The translations under genes were made by a program, and so were the position numbers. A stretch of DNA of 64,000 nucleotides from Moniliella sp. 'wahieum' (lineage: Eukaryota). Under the pieces are notes generated by a model, which worked only from the letters and a program-made list of their open reading frames with translations, was not told the origin of the DNA and searched no databases. The DNA lies in NCBI GenBank assembly GCA_003971905.1, contig RSEE01000133.1:1-64000 (forward strand), given 5' to 3'. Shown piece after piece: positions 23,845-37,100 of this stretch; the first letter of the stretch is position 1; every line of letters starts with the position of its first letter.

Positions 23845-26800
23845 GGGAGACGGAGGAGGAGGAGGTGGTGGTGGTGGCGGATGCACAAGGGACAGACCAG
23901 ACGAGCAACGGCGTGCAAGAACAAACACAGCATGCTAATCAACACCCCCCGTGCGCTTCCATCCCCCACCGGTGAGGTTATGCAGCGGCAACCGGAAAGC
24001 CAGAAGCGGCAAGCAAGACGCGTGAGGTGTGATGGCTGACGGGTGACGAGGAGGCGCGGGGCGGATGGAGGATAGCCCCAACGCCCGCACAGCCGCACAG
24101 CGGCTGCCGCTGCGGCGCACCCGGCTGGTTGGGGGCGGCGGCGGGGCAGCCAGGGTCACCCGGTCACGGTCAGGACAGAGCGCCGTCCCGCCTGCGGCTG
24201 CCGCTCGCGCCATCGGCCCCCGGCTGCGCGACTGGCGGCGCCCACGAGCAGGTTAGCGCTCACCGGTTCACCGGTCCACCGGCCCACCGGTTCCCCGCCA
24301 CAGCCGGATCCGGCGCCGGTGGCTCGCACGGCCTGCACTACAGCCCGCTCGCACCGGCAGGGAGGAAGCATGCATGCGTGGGTTACGCGTGACGCGACGT
24401 GACGGTTCTTCGGGACACTGTCACCATGTCACCACATCACATGTCACATGTCACATGTCACCTTGTACCCGGCATCCCACGCATCCCATCCATCCCGCGT
24501 CCCGCGTCGCATCCGACATGCAGCACTCTGCTACTCCACCTCCTCGCGTCTTGCGCGGCCCCAGCTGGTCATATTCATAGGCCGCTCATCCGGTCATCCG
24601 GTCGTACATGGTACCGGGCCACGCTCTGCCCCCATGTGGCCGAGTGCATGGCGCATGGATCCGGGTGATGCATGTGACATGTGATGTGTCGGGTGCGGGC
24701 GGGGGAGGGAGTCCAAAGTAGGCTAGTAGGCACATGGTGCATAGCCGAGCCCACGCCTAAGGCCTAACACGATCCATCCGCCTCGGGCCGTTTCGGAGTC
24801 CCATGAAGCTAGCGTGAAGCGTGAGCCTGACGAGCATAGAGACTAGGGAGGCGCGGCAGCCGCGGTACCGAATGGACGGATGCATGATGCACATGATAGG
24901 TGACCGGTGGGGGTGACCCCGGTGACCGGTGAGGCGGGCCAATTGTTGATTGCCTCCCCGGGCCCCCCCGCACCGGTTAACATACGCCGTACTCAGGTCC
25001 CGGTTCCTGGCGGCAAATCTGGTACACCCGCTGTTTTGTTTTATTTTTGTTTTGTTTTGTTTTTGCACCGCTGGGACGAGGCCCTGGGCACCACGTGACA
25101 TGTGAACATGGCCCGCTCAACCGGCCACCGGCCACCGGTCACGGGGATGCGCGCACCGCTGAGCTCCCTCAGCTCTCTATCAGCCTGTTCAGCCGCCGGG
25201 TCGAGACGGGCCATGCGCCATGGGTGTGTGCGAACGCTGAGCGGGCCAAGCGCCAGCCTAACCTGGGCGCGGGACCGAGCGGGATGCTCGATGCTCGCTC
25301 ATGCCAAGCCGTGCATGGCGTGCATGACGTACATGACGATGGCCGACAGCCAACGGGACCTTGGCTATAGGGATATGGGCATTTCGCTCTGAGATCTGAG
25401 ATAGATCTTAGATCTCCTGAGATGGAGGTGGGGTTGGCCTTGGGGGTACTAACTGCATGATGTGCACCGTGCCGCATTAGCTGTGTCATGCATGTCATCC
25501 CTAGCGGCTATCCGTGCGTAACTCTTTTGCTCTGCAGCGCTTACTACATGTGACAGTCGGATGAAGGGTGAGCTGACGGTAGGACATGTTCTGCACAAGC
25601 CCAATCTCGATGGAGAATGCGAGGCGGGGGAGGCAGGAGATCAGGTCTGGGGGACGTACTGGACTGTGGGACAGGATCCGAATACGGGATTGGAGCGAAG
25701 CACGAAAGCTGTACTATATAGTATGGCATGGACGGGCGGACAGAGTGTGGGTGCCGAAAAGCCGATCCGAACCACGGATCCGAGCGGCTGATGCACTCTT
25801 GCAGCCTGGGGCGGAGAGACAGAGAGCGCAGTGGGAAGGAGAAGTAAGCTGAAAAGAGAAGACGAATACGGCGAGGAGAGGAGATCGAAGAGGTGCTAAA
25901 GTGTAAAACGGAATGGCGTGTTTGCGTTATTGTATGGAGTGGGACAGAGGGGAAGACGCCAAAATGGATGTTGGGGGGGGGGGGGAACCACGAACCATGC
26001 TATTGCTTACAGAGACAGGGAGACGAACTGGGGAAACAACGCAGTACAGAGAGGGTTAGGCAAGGTCCGGGGGAGCAGTCGCCACAAGGAAGACCGTTCG
26101 CGAGCGGGGATGACAACGAGGAACCAACCCTTGAAGGGGACTCTCGCAGCGCTCTGATCCGTCCTCAAAAATGAGGATGAAACGTGGGCAAGAACCTATA
26201 ACCAGGCAACAGGGGCGATCGCCCATGTCAAAAACGGCCCGCATAGGGTCGATGGTCGCTCAACCACAGGGTATGGCGTGGTACCTTCATTTCTCGATTG
26301 CGACTTTTGTTAGTTGGGGGTGGGAGCGATTAGCTGTGTTGAGACTGGACCAAGCTACTAAGGTGTGTCCGCATGCATTAGTGGGCGACTTGTTCCTATC
26401 TACTTGTCCACGGGAGATGGCATGAGGATTGAGTCGGCTGACGCGGATGAAGCAGAACAATGTACCTATTCCGGGCTAGTAGGAGACGAGTGACAGCCTT
26501 CTTGCGCACGTAGAAGCGCCCATGTAACGGGGCAGATAAAAGGAGACATGAATAAGAGAGCACACTCGGGGCGACCTTCATTACCAGATGCACGGGAAAA
26601 GCATCGATTCGATAAAAGGTACGCAGACCGGGCTGTATATAGGCCTGGTGGTTCTCTCTCGTACTAATACTGGTAGAGAATTCTCTCGATGCGTGCCCCC
26701 CCACCTCCTGTGGTCCTGCGCGCCGACCACGGGCGGGGCGTTCCGGGCGCTGGAATGTAGCTCCGGACACTGAGGAGGCCATGCGTGCTCCGATGGACTA

Positions 26801-27303
26801 TAGGGTCCTCTGTATCCCCACAGCTTTGGCACATGCGTTTCGTTCCGTTTTTGCGTTTCGGTTCGTTTGCGGCCTATTACTGCCCATTCCGTCCTCTCTC
26901 CGTTGCCGGCCGCCGTCCCACCCGACCACACGGGATGGCCTGGTTGATTTGATCGTAGGTAGGTATATATGGGCTTTTTTCCTGGCTCAGTGCAGAGCCT
27001 GATGGTTGTCTCGTGCAGCAACAGCAGCGGTCATATATACTTGCTGTGCGAGAGGGCTTTTGTGAACCCCCTACGAGATGCTCTCGAGCATGTAATGGTG
27101 CCTGGACTGGACGTTGGGTGAATGATGAATGACCAATGACCATGAGTGTACATTGCGTCCGATCTGTTCCTGCTGTTCTCGGTGGCTGGCACACGTACTA
27201 CCCTTCCCCATGGCAGAACAACAAAGGGATAAAAAGCCAACAGTTGTTCCAACCATTTTCTTAGAGGTGGGTGGGATACCAATCGAACCACAGTGGTCAA
27301 TCC

Positions 27304-27398
27304 GGTCGATTAGCTCAGTTGGTCAGAGCGTGGTACTAATACATCTGTCAAGAGTGTTGGTGATGCCAAGGTCATGAGTTCAAGCCTCATATTGACCA
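27304..27398 (+). tRNA. tRNA-Ile(AAU) with 21-nt intron
   Basis: GGTCGAT/ATTGACC stem, TAGCTCAGTTGG A-box, TGGTA-CT-AAT-A[intron]A-TGCCA, GAGTTCAAGCCTC B-box, T7 terminator. Confidence 0.94.
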
Positions 27399-27718
27399 TA
27401 TTTTTTTACTGCCTCTCGCCTCCCGGGCCCCACGCCCACTTGGCGTGGGGAGCAATCTATCCCCGGTGAACACAGCACAAGGAGGGCGGAAATGACAGGA
27501 CGACGGTGTTTCGTCTGGCGAGGGAACATTGGACGTTGGCTGAGCGCATGTTGGCCAGGGCGGGTAAACCCCCCCGCCGGAGCGAGGGTGCGATGGCGCG
27601 ACTTACCTCATCCGGGCGCCACGTGGCAGTGGGGGTGTGCCGTCGGGCGCACCGCCAGCGTCGCGCCACCGCCTGCCCTCTCCATCGCTGCGCTCGCCAC
27701 CGCCTGCCCCCCTCAAGC

Positions 27719-29074
27719 ATGCGCGCTACGGGCTGTTTGGTCCGCTCAAGGGCCTGGACGCGTTCGGGCGGCCGCTGGAGGACGTGCGGGTACGGACGAA
27801 CGTCGGGGCGTGCATTACGCTCGTTGCTGGTCTGCTCATTCTCCTCCTGACCATTGGCGAGGTGCGCGACTACCGGCGCGTGACGTTGCGCGACAGTCTG
27901 CAGGTCGATGTCAGTCGCGGAGACAAGTTGACGGTGCAGCTGGACGTGTCGTTCCCGCACGTACCGTGTTACCTTTTGAGTCTGGACGTGATGGACGTTT
28001 CGGGCGAGCACCAGGACGACATTCAGCACGACATTACGCGTACGCGTCTCTCCAAGGCCGGGGTACCGATTGACGAGGGTGTGCGTGGTCTGCGTGGCGA
28101 GGCGAATGATGCAGCCCAGGCCAAGGGCAAGGACTACTGCGGCGACTGTTACAGTGCCACCCGCCCGACGGGAGCAAGTGCTGCAACTCGTGTGATGCGG
28201 TGCGCGCGGCGTACCAGGCCAAAGGGTGGTCCTTTGGTCACCCGATACGATTGAGCAGTGTCGCACCGAGCACTGGGTCGAGAAGATTACGCAGCAAAAC
28301 GAGGAAGGGTGTCGTGTGCCGGGCGTGCACGTTAACAAGGTGGTTGGGAACTTGCACCTCAGTCCCGGTCGCGCCTTCCAAGCTAACAGCTTGCACATGC
28401 ACGACCTCGTTCCCTACCTCCGCGGCGAGGGTAAAGACCTGCACAACTTTGGTCACACCATTCATACGTTGCGCTTCACTTCGGCCGACGACTTTACCCG
28501 TACCAAGTCGCAGGTCGACTGACGACCTGGTCCGCACCCAGCTCGCCATTACCGACCCGCTCGAAGGCCAGGTACGCACGACCAACAAGAGCAATTACAT
28601 GTACCAGTACTTTCTCAAGGTGGTCTCTACCGAGCTGAGTCTGGTGAATGGGGAAACGCGTCGGTCGCACCAGTACGCCGCGACGGCGTCGGAAGCTGAC
28701 CTAGAAGATGGGTCACGGGGGAATTTCGCAAGCCCAAATGGGCGCTGGCTTCCCAGGCATCCCCGGTGTATTTTTCCTGTACGAAATTTCGCCGCTCAAG
28801 GCGGTGCATGAGGAACGGCGCGGGTCCCTCCTCCTTGATCGCCAACACATGTGCCCTGGCAGGAGGCATCTTGACCATTGCAGGTCTTTTGGATCGAATC
28901 TACAATCGTGCCCGACTGGTGCGCCGTAAACCTGCGCCATCTAGCCCCGTTGCTTCCCCGCTCGCCTCCTCGGCAGGCTACGGCTACGGCTACCCCGCCC
29001 CAGCGCCGCAGTACGGCGGTTACGCACAAGGTTATGGTGCTTCGACCCTGGCCGGGCCTGGCCGCCTGGTGTGA
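27719..29074 (+). CDS. ERV46: ER-Golgi COPII vesicle protein Erv46
   Basis: LKGLDAFGRPLEDVRVRT, DVSFPHVPCYLLSLDVMDVSGEHQ, YCGDCY, VNKVVGNLHLSPG, YMYQYFLKVVST, GIPGVFFLYEISP, CALAGGILTIAGLLD. Frameshifted. Confidence 0.94.
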
Positions 29075-30070
29075 GTACTGCCTACTGCCTACTGCGTACT
29101 GAGTGGTGCGTACTGAGTGGTGCGAGCTGGCCCCCGCCCAGTGCTGGTCTGCCTCTTAAAGGCGCGAGACGGGGGGGGGGGGAGGACCTCGCCCCCCCCC
29201 CCCGGTTCTGCATTCCCTTCATTGCTCCCCTCTGCTTTCCGTACTAGTGGGAGCCAAGCGAGCATAGCCCTCGTCGATCGTCGTAGACCAGGTTGGCCAT
29301 GCTAGATTGCCAGCAAATGTGGATCGGCAGTCGAGAGCCGATCTGAGATGAGATTGGATCTCCCCCACCCCACCCGTGGTGTCTTTTTCTTCAATAAACT
29401 TCAAGCTTCAACTCACCACCAGTCGAGTGCCGAAGCAGCATGCAACTACCTACTTGCGCGGGAGCACGATGTCATTAATGCCATTGCGGGTGGTAGCCTG
29501 GATGGGCAAGCTCGACAAACAGCGATTAAGACAGGGACAAAGACAAAGCACCTGGTCCAGTGCGTGGGCGTACTGTTCTCCTGGGCCTTGAATGTGCTTG
29601 TCAGTACTCAGTGGGCTTCGCTTGGGCGGTGTTACATACCACAGCGACCATGGATCTAACAACCAGTCATGGTCCAGCTAATCACCCTTTGAAATGTTCG
29701 ACCCAGCCTGTCTTCTGGCAGAACGTTGCGCATTGCACCGACCCACGCCGCGCAACAGGGTTAGAGGCACTGCCGCACGGGGCGCAGCTGTTGTTCTGGG
29801 CCGGGGGCTGCGCGCCTGCTAGGGTTGCAGCACGGGAGCAGTGTGGGCTCGGTGTGTTGGTCGGCGGGCAAGTTGAACATTCAAATCAAAACTTTGCGCG
29901 TGGGTGGCGCGCGCCAGTGTTCTGCGCGGCTAGGGTTGTCTGCCGCCTGCCCTGTGTTGGGCCAACCAACACCAGCCGGCCTTTCCCCTGCCCCCCCCAT
30001 CTCCACCTCCACCTCCACCTCCATCTCCATCTCCTCCTCTTCCTCCTCCACCACCTCCTTCCCCCCCGCC

Positions 30071-31779
30071 ATGTCCAGCCGCACCACGGGCCGTCTCGAC
30101 TCGTACAAGAGCAAGGGTCTGCTCCACTCCGACGACCTCCGCCGCCGCCGCGAGGACCAGCAGGTCGAGATCCGCCGTCAGAAGCGCGATGAGACCCACG
30201 CCAAGCGCCGCCAGATGGACCTCACCAGCGCCGACCTGACCGACGACGATGAGGAGGACGAGGAGGCCGTCGGCAGCATGCTCGAGGTGCGTCTTCTTTC
30301 TCCTCTCTGGCCGGTGTGCATTGCATTGCATTGCATTCCATCGTAGTGCTAACGTGCTAACGTGCTACGTGCTCCCCCACGCAGCAGAACCGCCTGCCCG
30401 AGATGGTGACCAAGCTCATGTCCGACAACCCGCCGACCAGCTGGAGGCCACGTCGCTGTTCCGTAAGCTGCTGTCCAAGGAGAAGAACCCGCCGATCGAC
30501 AGGGTCATTGCCACGGGTGCTGTACCGCGCTTTGTCGAGTTTCTGCGCTCGGACAACAGCCTGATCCAGTTCGAAGCCGCCTGGGCGCTGACCAACATCG
30601 CCTCTGGCACATCGGAGCACACCAAGGTGGTGATTGGGGCCGGTGCGGTGCCCGTGTTTATTGAGTTGCTTTCTTCGCCCATTTTGGATGTGCGCGAACA
30701 AGCTGTCTGGGCCCTGGGCAACATTGCTGGTGACAACCCGCAGTGCCGGGACTATGTGCTGGCCAAGGCGCGATGCAGCCGCTGTTGACGCTGCTGAATG
30801 AGAACCAAAAGATTGGCATGTTGCGCAACGCGACGTGGACATTGAGCAACTTTTGCCGTGGCAAGAACCCCCCCCGGCATGGGAGTTTGTCGCGCCGGCA
30901 CTGCCAATGCTCGGCAAGCTCATCTACTCGATGGACGAGGAAATTTTGATCGACACGTGCTGGGCCATCTCGTACCTTTCCGATGGATCCAACGACAAGA
31001 TCCAAGCCGTCATCGAGGCTGGCATTGTGCGTCGTCTGGTCGAACTCTTGACTGCCGACTCGACCGCAATCCAGACCCCCGCCCTCCGCTCCGTCGGCAA
31101 CATTGTCACGGGCGACGACTTGCAAACCCAAGTGGTTGTGGCGGCCGGTGCACTGACGCCGCTACTGGCACTGCTCTCGTCCCAAAAGGAAGGATCAAGA
31201 AGGAAGCCTGTTGGACCATCTCCAACATCACCGCTGGCTCGACGCACCAAGTGCAATCGGTCATTGACGCCAACATCATCCCGCCCCTGATTGAGATTCT
31301 CAAGACGGCCGACTTTAAGACGCGCAAAGAAGCGTGTTGGGCCATCAGTAACGCCACCTCGGCCGGGCTTCAGCAGCCGGAACAGATCCGGTACCTTGTT
31401 TCTCAAGGTTGCATCCGTCCGCTGTGCGACCTGCTGACGATTATGGACAACAAGATTATCCAGGTAGCCCTGGACGGGTTGGAGAACATCCTCAAGATGG
31501 CGAGCAAGACAAGGTCGCTGCTGGTCCTGGGGCTGTGAACCAGTATGCGGCACACATTGAGGAGAGTGGTGGTCTGGTCACCATTCACAACTTGCAGCAG
31601 CACGAGAACCATGACATTTACCAAAAGTCGTTCTACATCATGGACCATTACTTCCCCGATGACGAGGACGACCAGGCGGAAGAAGGACGGCGCAACCCGC
31701 TCTGGATGCCCAGGGAGCGTACACGTTCCAGACCGATATGGCCGCGCCCCAGGGCGGCTTCTCATTTGGGGCGGCCTAA
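30071..31779 (+). CDS. SRP1: Importin alpha (karyopherin alpha)
   Basis: IBB domain ([21 protein letters not shown]) and ARM repeats ([40 protein letters not shown]). Intron 30287-30384. Ends GGFSFGAA. Confidence 0.96.
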
Positions 31780-32689
31780 CCAAAGGGGAAAGAGGGCGGA
31801 AAGGAAAGGAAAGGACCCATCTCATCTCATCTTCTCCTATTCTCTCCTTTCCTCTCCTCTCCTGCCCTCTCTGCCTGCTCTACCGACGATCCCATTGCAC
31901 AGGTACAAACTTACCTTGTCCCCTCTTTCAATAACCTGTTGTGGGCTTCTGCACTCTCTGACCCTCTCAATACCACTCTCCTCAACCTTCCCCCCTCCCC
32001 TCCCTTTCCATGGCTATCCCCCGACGTAAACCGGGCTCGGTGCGCCTGTGCTTCTTACACTTCTTCTTGCCTTTTCTTTTTCCTTCTCTTCGATCAGCCG
32101 GGTTGCCCCGCTCTTGTTGGCCTTGCAGACTGCAGACTACTGCATAGGTGCCCGCGCAGCATCTTCCTATTCTTTTTTCCGCATCGCTTTTTTTTCGCTG
32201 CCTCAACCTACTCTACATCTCTCCCCCCCCTACCATCTGCTGCCCCCTTTGCCCTTTTCTTTTGCCCCTTTGCTCCGGCCCTCCCCCCCCCCCCCCCCCC
32301 CTCGCGCAATGAAGCCCCCCTGTTGGATCGCTCGCCCCGCAGGCCTCTCAACTCAAAGCCCAAATGACTACGTATAAGCGTAGGAGAAAGATCATCCAGG
32401 AATGCCAGGTACTACTGGTAGTGTGCCAGCATGGGACATTGAATTCGACAGTTGAGAAAGGGTGTGCGAGTGCGGGGAGGGGAGGCGTGTGTGGAGCGGG
32501 CGGGGCGGGGAAAAAAGGGAAAAGGGGAGGGGAGAAGAGAGGGGAGGAGATTACAGGGTACTCATTATACGCAGAAAATGTGTTTCGCATTTCGTGTTAT
32601 ATTATGGTACGTTTTGGCAGCTAGATGGGATGCGGGTGGACATGGACATGGAAGGTGGCAAGACAAGAGAAGCCAATTAGAGTACTACT

Positions 32690-34136
32690 AGGACTTAGTA
32701 GAAGGAGGAGTATTAGATCTAGGAAAACAACAGTAGCATCATGTGTGTTGTGTTGTGAAGGTGATGACACGGGAGAGGCGATGAACAGGTGACCATACAG
32801 CGGCACCAGAAGCAGAAGCACTGAGGGATGGGATTTCCCCTCTACGTCCAATTCTTCCCCTCTGTTCCTCCCCGAATCCACCGGCTCGATCTGCGCCTTG
32901 TTGCGCCAGATCAATCGATCCGTCGATCCCTGGACTGATGATCTCTGATCTCTTTAACCCTTGACGATCTGATCGGTCGACCGAGAGAGTCGCGTAAACT
33001 GGAGCCCACGTTTTGGTGTGTCCCAACTGGTCCCAGGGCGCCAGCCACATCCTGTTGGTGTGCCCTCGAGGCGAGTCAAGGGTTGCCGGCCCATTTCGAG
33101 CACGGGAGGGCGGTGTTGTGGTTCGGCCCGGCCGGCCGGTACAGGCGGGGAGGAGGTAGGTGCGTCGGGCGCCATCCCAGGAGGAGAGTCTCGCTTGTCG
33201 TAAGGTGATGAGGGAACCCAAACGGAGGTGCCGGAGGCAACTGCATCGCTCCATCGTCCGCCTGAGGTGTAGTACTATTGATCGTCGCGAAGGAGCGGAG
33301 GGGTGGCGCGTCCAGAGTGTCGACGGGTAGAGTGAGTTGGCAAGACCAAGGACGGGATGTACGTGTACCTCATCGGGTGAAAGGGATGCCGACGGGGATT
33401 GGAAGAGGGCGTCAATGGGTCCTGCTCGGGCACGATGGTGGTGGTGAAGGAGGGGGGGAGGAAAGGGGAAGCGGCGCGGCGGGAGCATGCGGATGGTCAA
33501 AGAGGAGGCACGATGCGTCGGCGGAAAGAGGCATGCGGGCTTGCCGTTGATCGCACTCTTTGCTACTCCAACTCAACTTGCACGGAGCATTGCCAAGTCT
33601 CGGTGGCATGGCGGCAAGGTGCGGCAGGGGGCTGCCCCACCAGGAAGAGGGCACGTTAGGCGAAGAGGGGGTGTTCAGCAGCCACGTGGACCGCAGGGAT
33701 AGAAGCAAGGTGGCCGTGGGTGTTCTGCCGCTCGCTTCTTCCTCCTCGGAAACAAAGGGGGGCCAGACCGCCGTCGGCCAGGCGGACCCCTGGCCGGGGA
33801 ACAACAGAGGGGCGCTGGCCGGATCTTCCGAAGACGCCAGCTTGGCACTTCGGGTAGGAAACCAAACGTCGTTGAGACCCGACGTGGTCGATGGAGCGGG
33901 TCCCTTGCGCCCGCCCACCGACGGTGGGTGGGATGCAGGGCAGGTACACAGCCCTGACGGATGCGGTTTGGCGCTGCGACGTCGCCCCTTTTCTCGGCAG
34001 AATAAGCACGCTTCGAAGGTCGGCCGCGTGGACGGATGGCGACCAGGTCGGGCGCGTTGACGTGCGAGCAAATGTTGCTCCGGTGGCCGTTGACGCACTT
34101 TTGACACGCATACTTCTTTCCGTTGATGACGGGCAT
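32690..34136 (-). CDS. Copper-fist DNA-binding transcription factor (Ace1/Mac1/Haa1 family)
   Basis: MPVINGKKYACQKCVNGHRSNICSH..RGRP and, across a frameshift, CLFCREK..CTC. The C-terminus is low-complexity; end approximate. Confidence 0.8.
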
Positions 34137-37100
34137 CGCAAGGGGGAAGAGGGACAGGTGGAGACACGTGTGCGCAAAAGCTTGTGGGTGGATTCAAGCG
34201 GAGGAAGAGGTACCGCGTCCTGCGGATGTTGGTCCCAATGGTCGCACTTCGGAAAAGCTGGCAACGAGAATAAAGGGGAAGGGGATGGAAGGGCGAGTGC
34301 TGGGAATGGCGCGTGTGATAACGAAGATGGCGAAGAATGAGAAAGAAGAGGAGCGGGAGAGGGGGAGACTTTTGTCGTGTTTTGTGGTGGGATGGAGGCG
34401 TGATATGGGGCGGAGGCCGGTTGGGGACGCGTTCAACGGCTGCTGCGGGAGGGAGGGTGGCGAGCCACGAGCGAGCGGGGGCTATTAGGGGCGGCGTTCC
34501 CTCTGCGCCCTCTCGGCTGCCTGGAGGGGGGATGGGGGCTGCTGGGTGGCCGGGAGCGGCGGGCGTCTATCAGTGCGCTGGGGCCCACAGCGCGTGATAC
34601 ATGTCTCGCCGGGGGGCTGGGTGCGAGCGCTGGCCCGCAGGTGGATGAGGCCGCGGCTAGCCACACGCGCAGCACGCAGGCCAGCGCAGGGCAGGCCAGC
34701 GCAGGCGCCGCACACGCGCCGCCCAGCACGCGCACCACAGCCGGAATGGTGTCGCAGGGCACCCCCCCCCGAAGTGACTACGAGCAGGACTTGTGCACGT
34801 CGCACTGAACACCCAGGGCTGAGCAACTGCGTCTCAGATCCCAGGACAGACTGAGACCTGAGTCGCACACGTCCTGCTAGTGAGCACCCTGGCTGTAATC
34901 CCTGGCCGCTCGACGCAACCACAGCAGGCTCATGCACTGGACCGGTCCTTGGTCCGGCCCTCCGCCACGACCAGACCGGGCCTGGACGCTTCCAAAACAT
35001 GCCCAGGCTGTCGGCGAGCAGAGTCTACGTCGTGCACTTACTGACACCCACAAGTCCCCGTCAGCCCCCCCTTTCATCATACATTGCAGCCCCACCACGG
35101 TTGACGGTCCGCGGAGTGGCCCCATGATCATCGGCGACCAACAGACCCCCAACTTTATCGTATACAGGCGACCCCCGCTCTTGCCCGAACAGGGATGGCC
35201 GTCGCGAGTGAACGCCGAAAGAATGCCAAGATGCAAGCTTGGCAGGTGCCACAACTGTCAGGATCCCCCAGAGGTATACGCGGGCATGGCAGACAGATGA
35301 GGGGGACAAGCAATGTTTTGCTCAAAGAGCTATCCGGTATACACGTTTTGTGTGGTCGCATGAAGTTCTAGTACCCTGACTCCTATATACACCCAACTCG
35401 TTTGGCCTTCTACCCTATCATATCTTTTGGGGTTATACTAACAATGCTTATTTCGAGAGCGACGTACGCCCAGGGGCGTACGATGGCATAGCATGAGATC
35501 AATGTGGGGTCCAGTGCCACTCCCCAACACCCCTACTTCACATTCTGAACGTTTTTGGGACCCTAGAAATATCCAACAGTTCCTTTGTCGGTCTCTTTTT
35601 GGTTAATGGGGCCATCTCTCTCGCCTTCGTTTGCGCGTATGTTGGGTCGTCCGTGACATCACGCCTCATCCGTTCCCCCTCTCCCTTGTCGCTCGTGACA
35701 CCCTCTGGTTTTGCATCTGTGGTTTTGCATCCATTTGAGAAAAGAAAGAAAGAGTGTTGGGCATCAGCACTCAGTCCAGCATCAAGCTCCGCTTCAGATC
35801 AGAGCCACTGTTCATGTAAATTCGGAAAAAAACAGGGACGTGCTGAGCGCTGGGAACCTTATCTATGGGGAGAGCAAGACCCTTTTTGCAGGCGACGTCA
35901 AAGGGGAGAGTCAGTTCCGGGTCAAGATCTCTCACTCGTGTCTCTGGCATCTGACATATATATCAATGGATCAAGATCGCTGTAGGGTTGTAGATATGGT
36001 ACGCCTCTGTACTATACTAAACTGTCGTGTATGGAAAGAGAAACGATTACTAAAACGGGTTTCGGAAGAGCAATGTCTCAATGAACAATGATGATGCCCG
36101 TAATGACTACCATCTGGCGTCGCAAACCAACTGGGTTTGCAAACTTCAATGTCGAAAGATGTCTTTCGACACACCCTAGCCAGCGGATGGGAGCCAGAGC
36201 ACCCCTACACCGTAATACCACCACACCCGATGACATACCAGTCGACAGCCGTTTGAGTGGGGCTATATCATGCAGAGGGGTCCTAGCCTGTCTAGCTTAC
36301 CGTGAGATCTGAGAGCCTAGAGGTGCTTGGGAAGTGGGACACAAAAGTCTTGTAGCCCCCCATGTCCATTTGGGTCCACAGTTTTCCAAACCTGGGGGAA
36401 GGGCACGTAGGCACCGTGGTAACCGTAACCCGCTGCTCTAACCGCTTTTCCCTTGTTGCTGTCAGGCGGACACAGGCCGACTGGCGCTAGCGCGTTATAC
36501 GCTACAAGAGATCTGCTAGGCCTTGATGGCTGTTTTGGTCCTAGAAAGTTAATACTAGCCAATGGACGAGAGCGTTCTTTTTGGCGCTCTTCCCTCCTCT
36601 TTGACTTGTTTATCCCAACAAGGCACTTCCTCTCCAACTGTCTTCCCTTGCCCCCCACTCTGTCCTTCCGCTAAAAAGACGGTTCCAGCTGGGCTCTGTA
36701 AAAAATGTTATCCTCTTTCCCCCTCCTAGAGACTGAACGACTCGATCCTATGGGGGTCGATCGGCACCCCAACATTCCTCTCCCCCCTTTCCCCGTTTTC
36801 TTCACCTGAACTTCCCGGAACCCTATAAGGCCTATAAGCACATCTCCACACTTCCCTGCCTGCCTTTAAAAAGGGTTCCACACAGCGCGACGGAGAAGTA
36901 ATATGGGTCAGCTTGGATGTGCCTTAGACGCCCCATCCCCCGTACCGCTGCTCAGCTACTTTCCCCCCTTCCCCCGCTTGATACCCTGGTGTAGATGACC
37001 TATAGTATCAGTTCCTTTCGAACTCACAGGAGCGTTCTTTGTTTTCGCCCCTCCCCCCCCAATGAGAGGGCCCGTGGCACTTCTGTATCGATCCCAGCGG

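Noticed and set aside
25500..27250. Short ORFs upstream of tRNA-Ile
   Set aside because: No recognisable motif and no consistent frame or strand.
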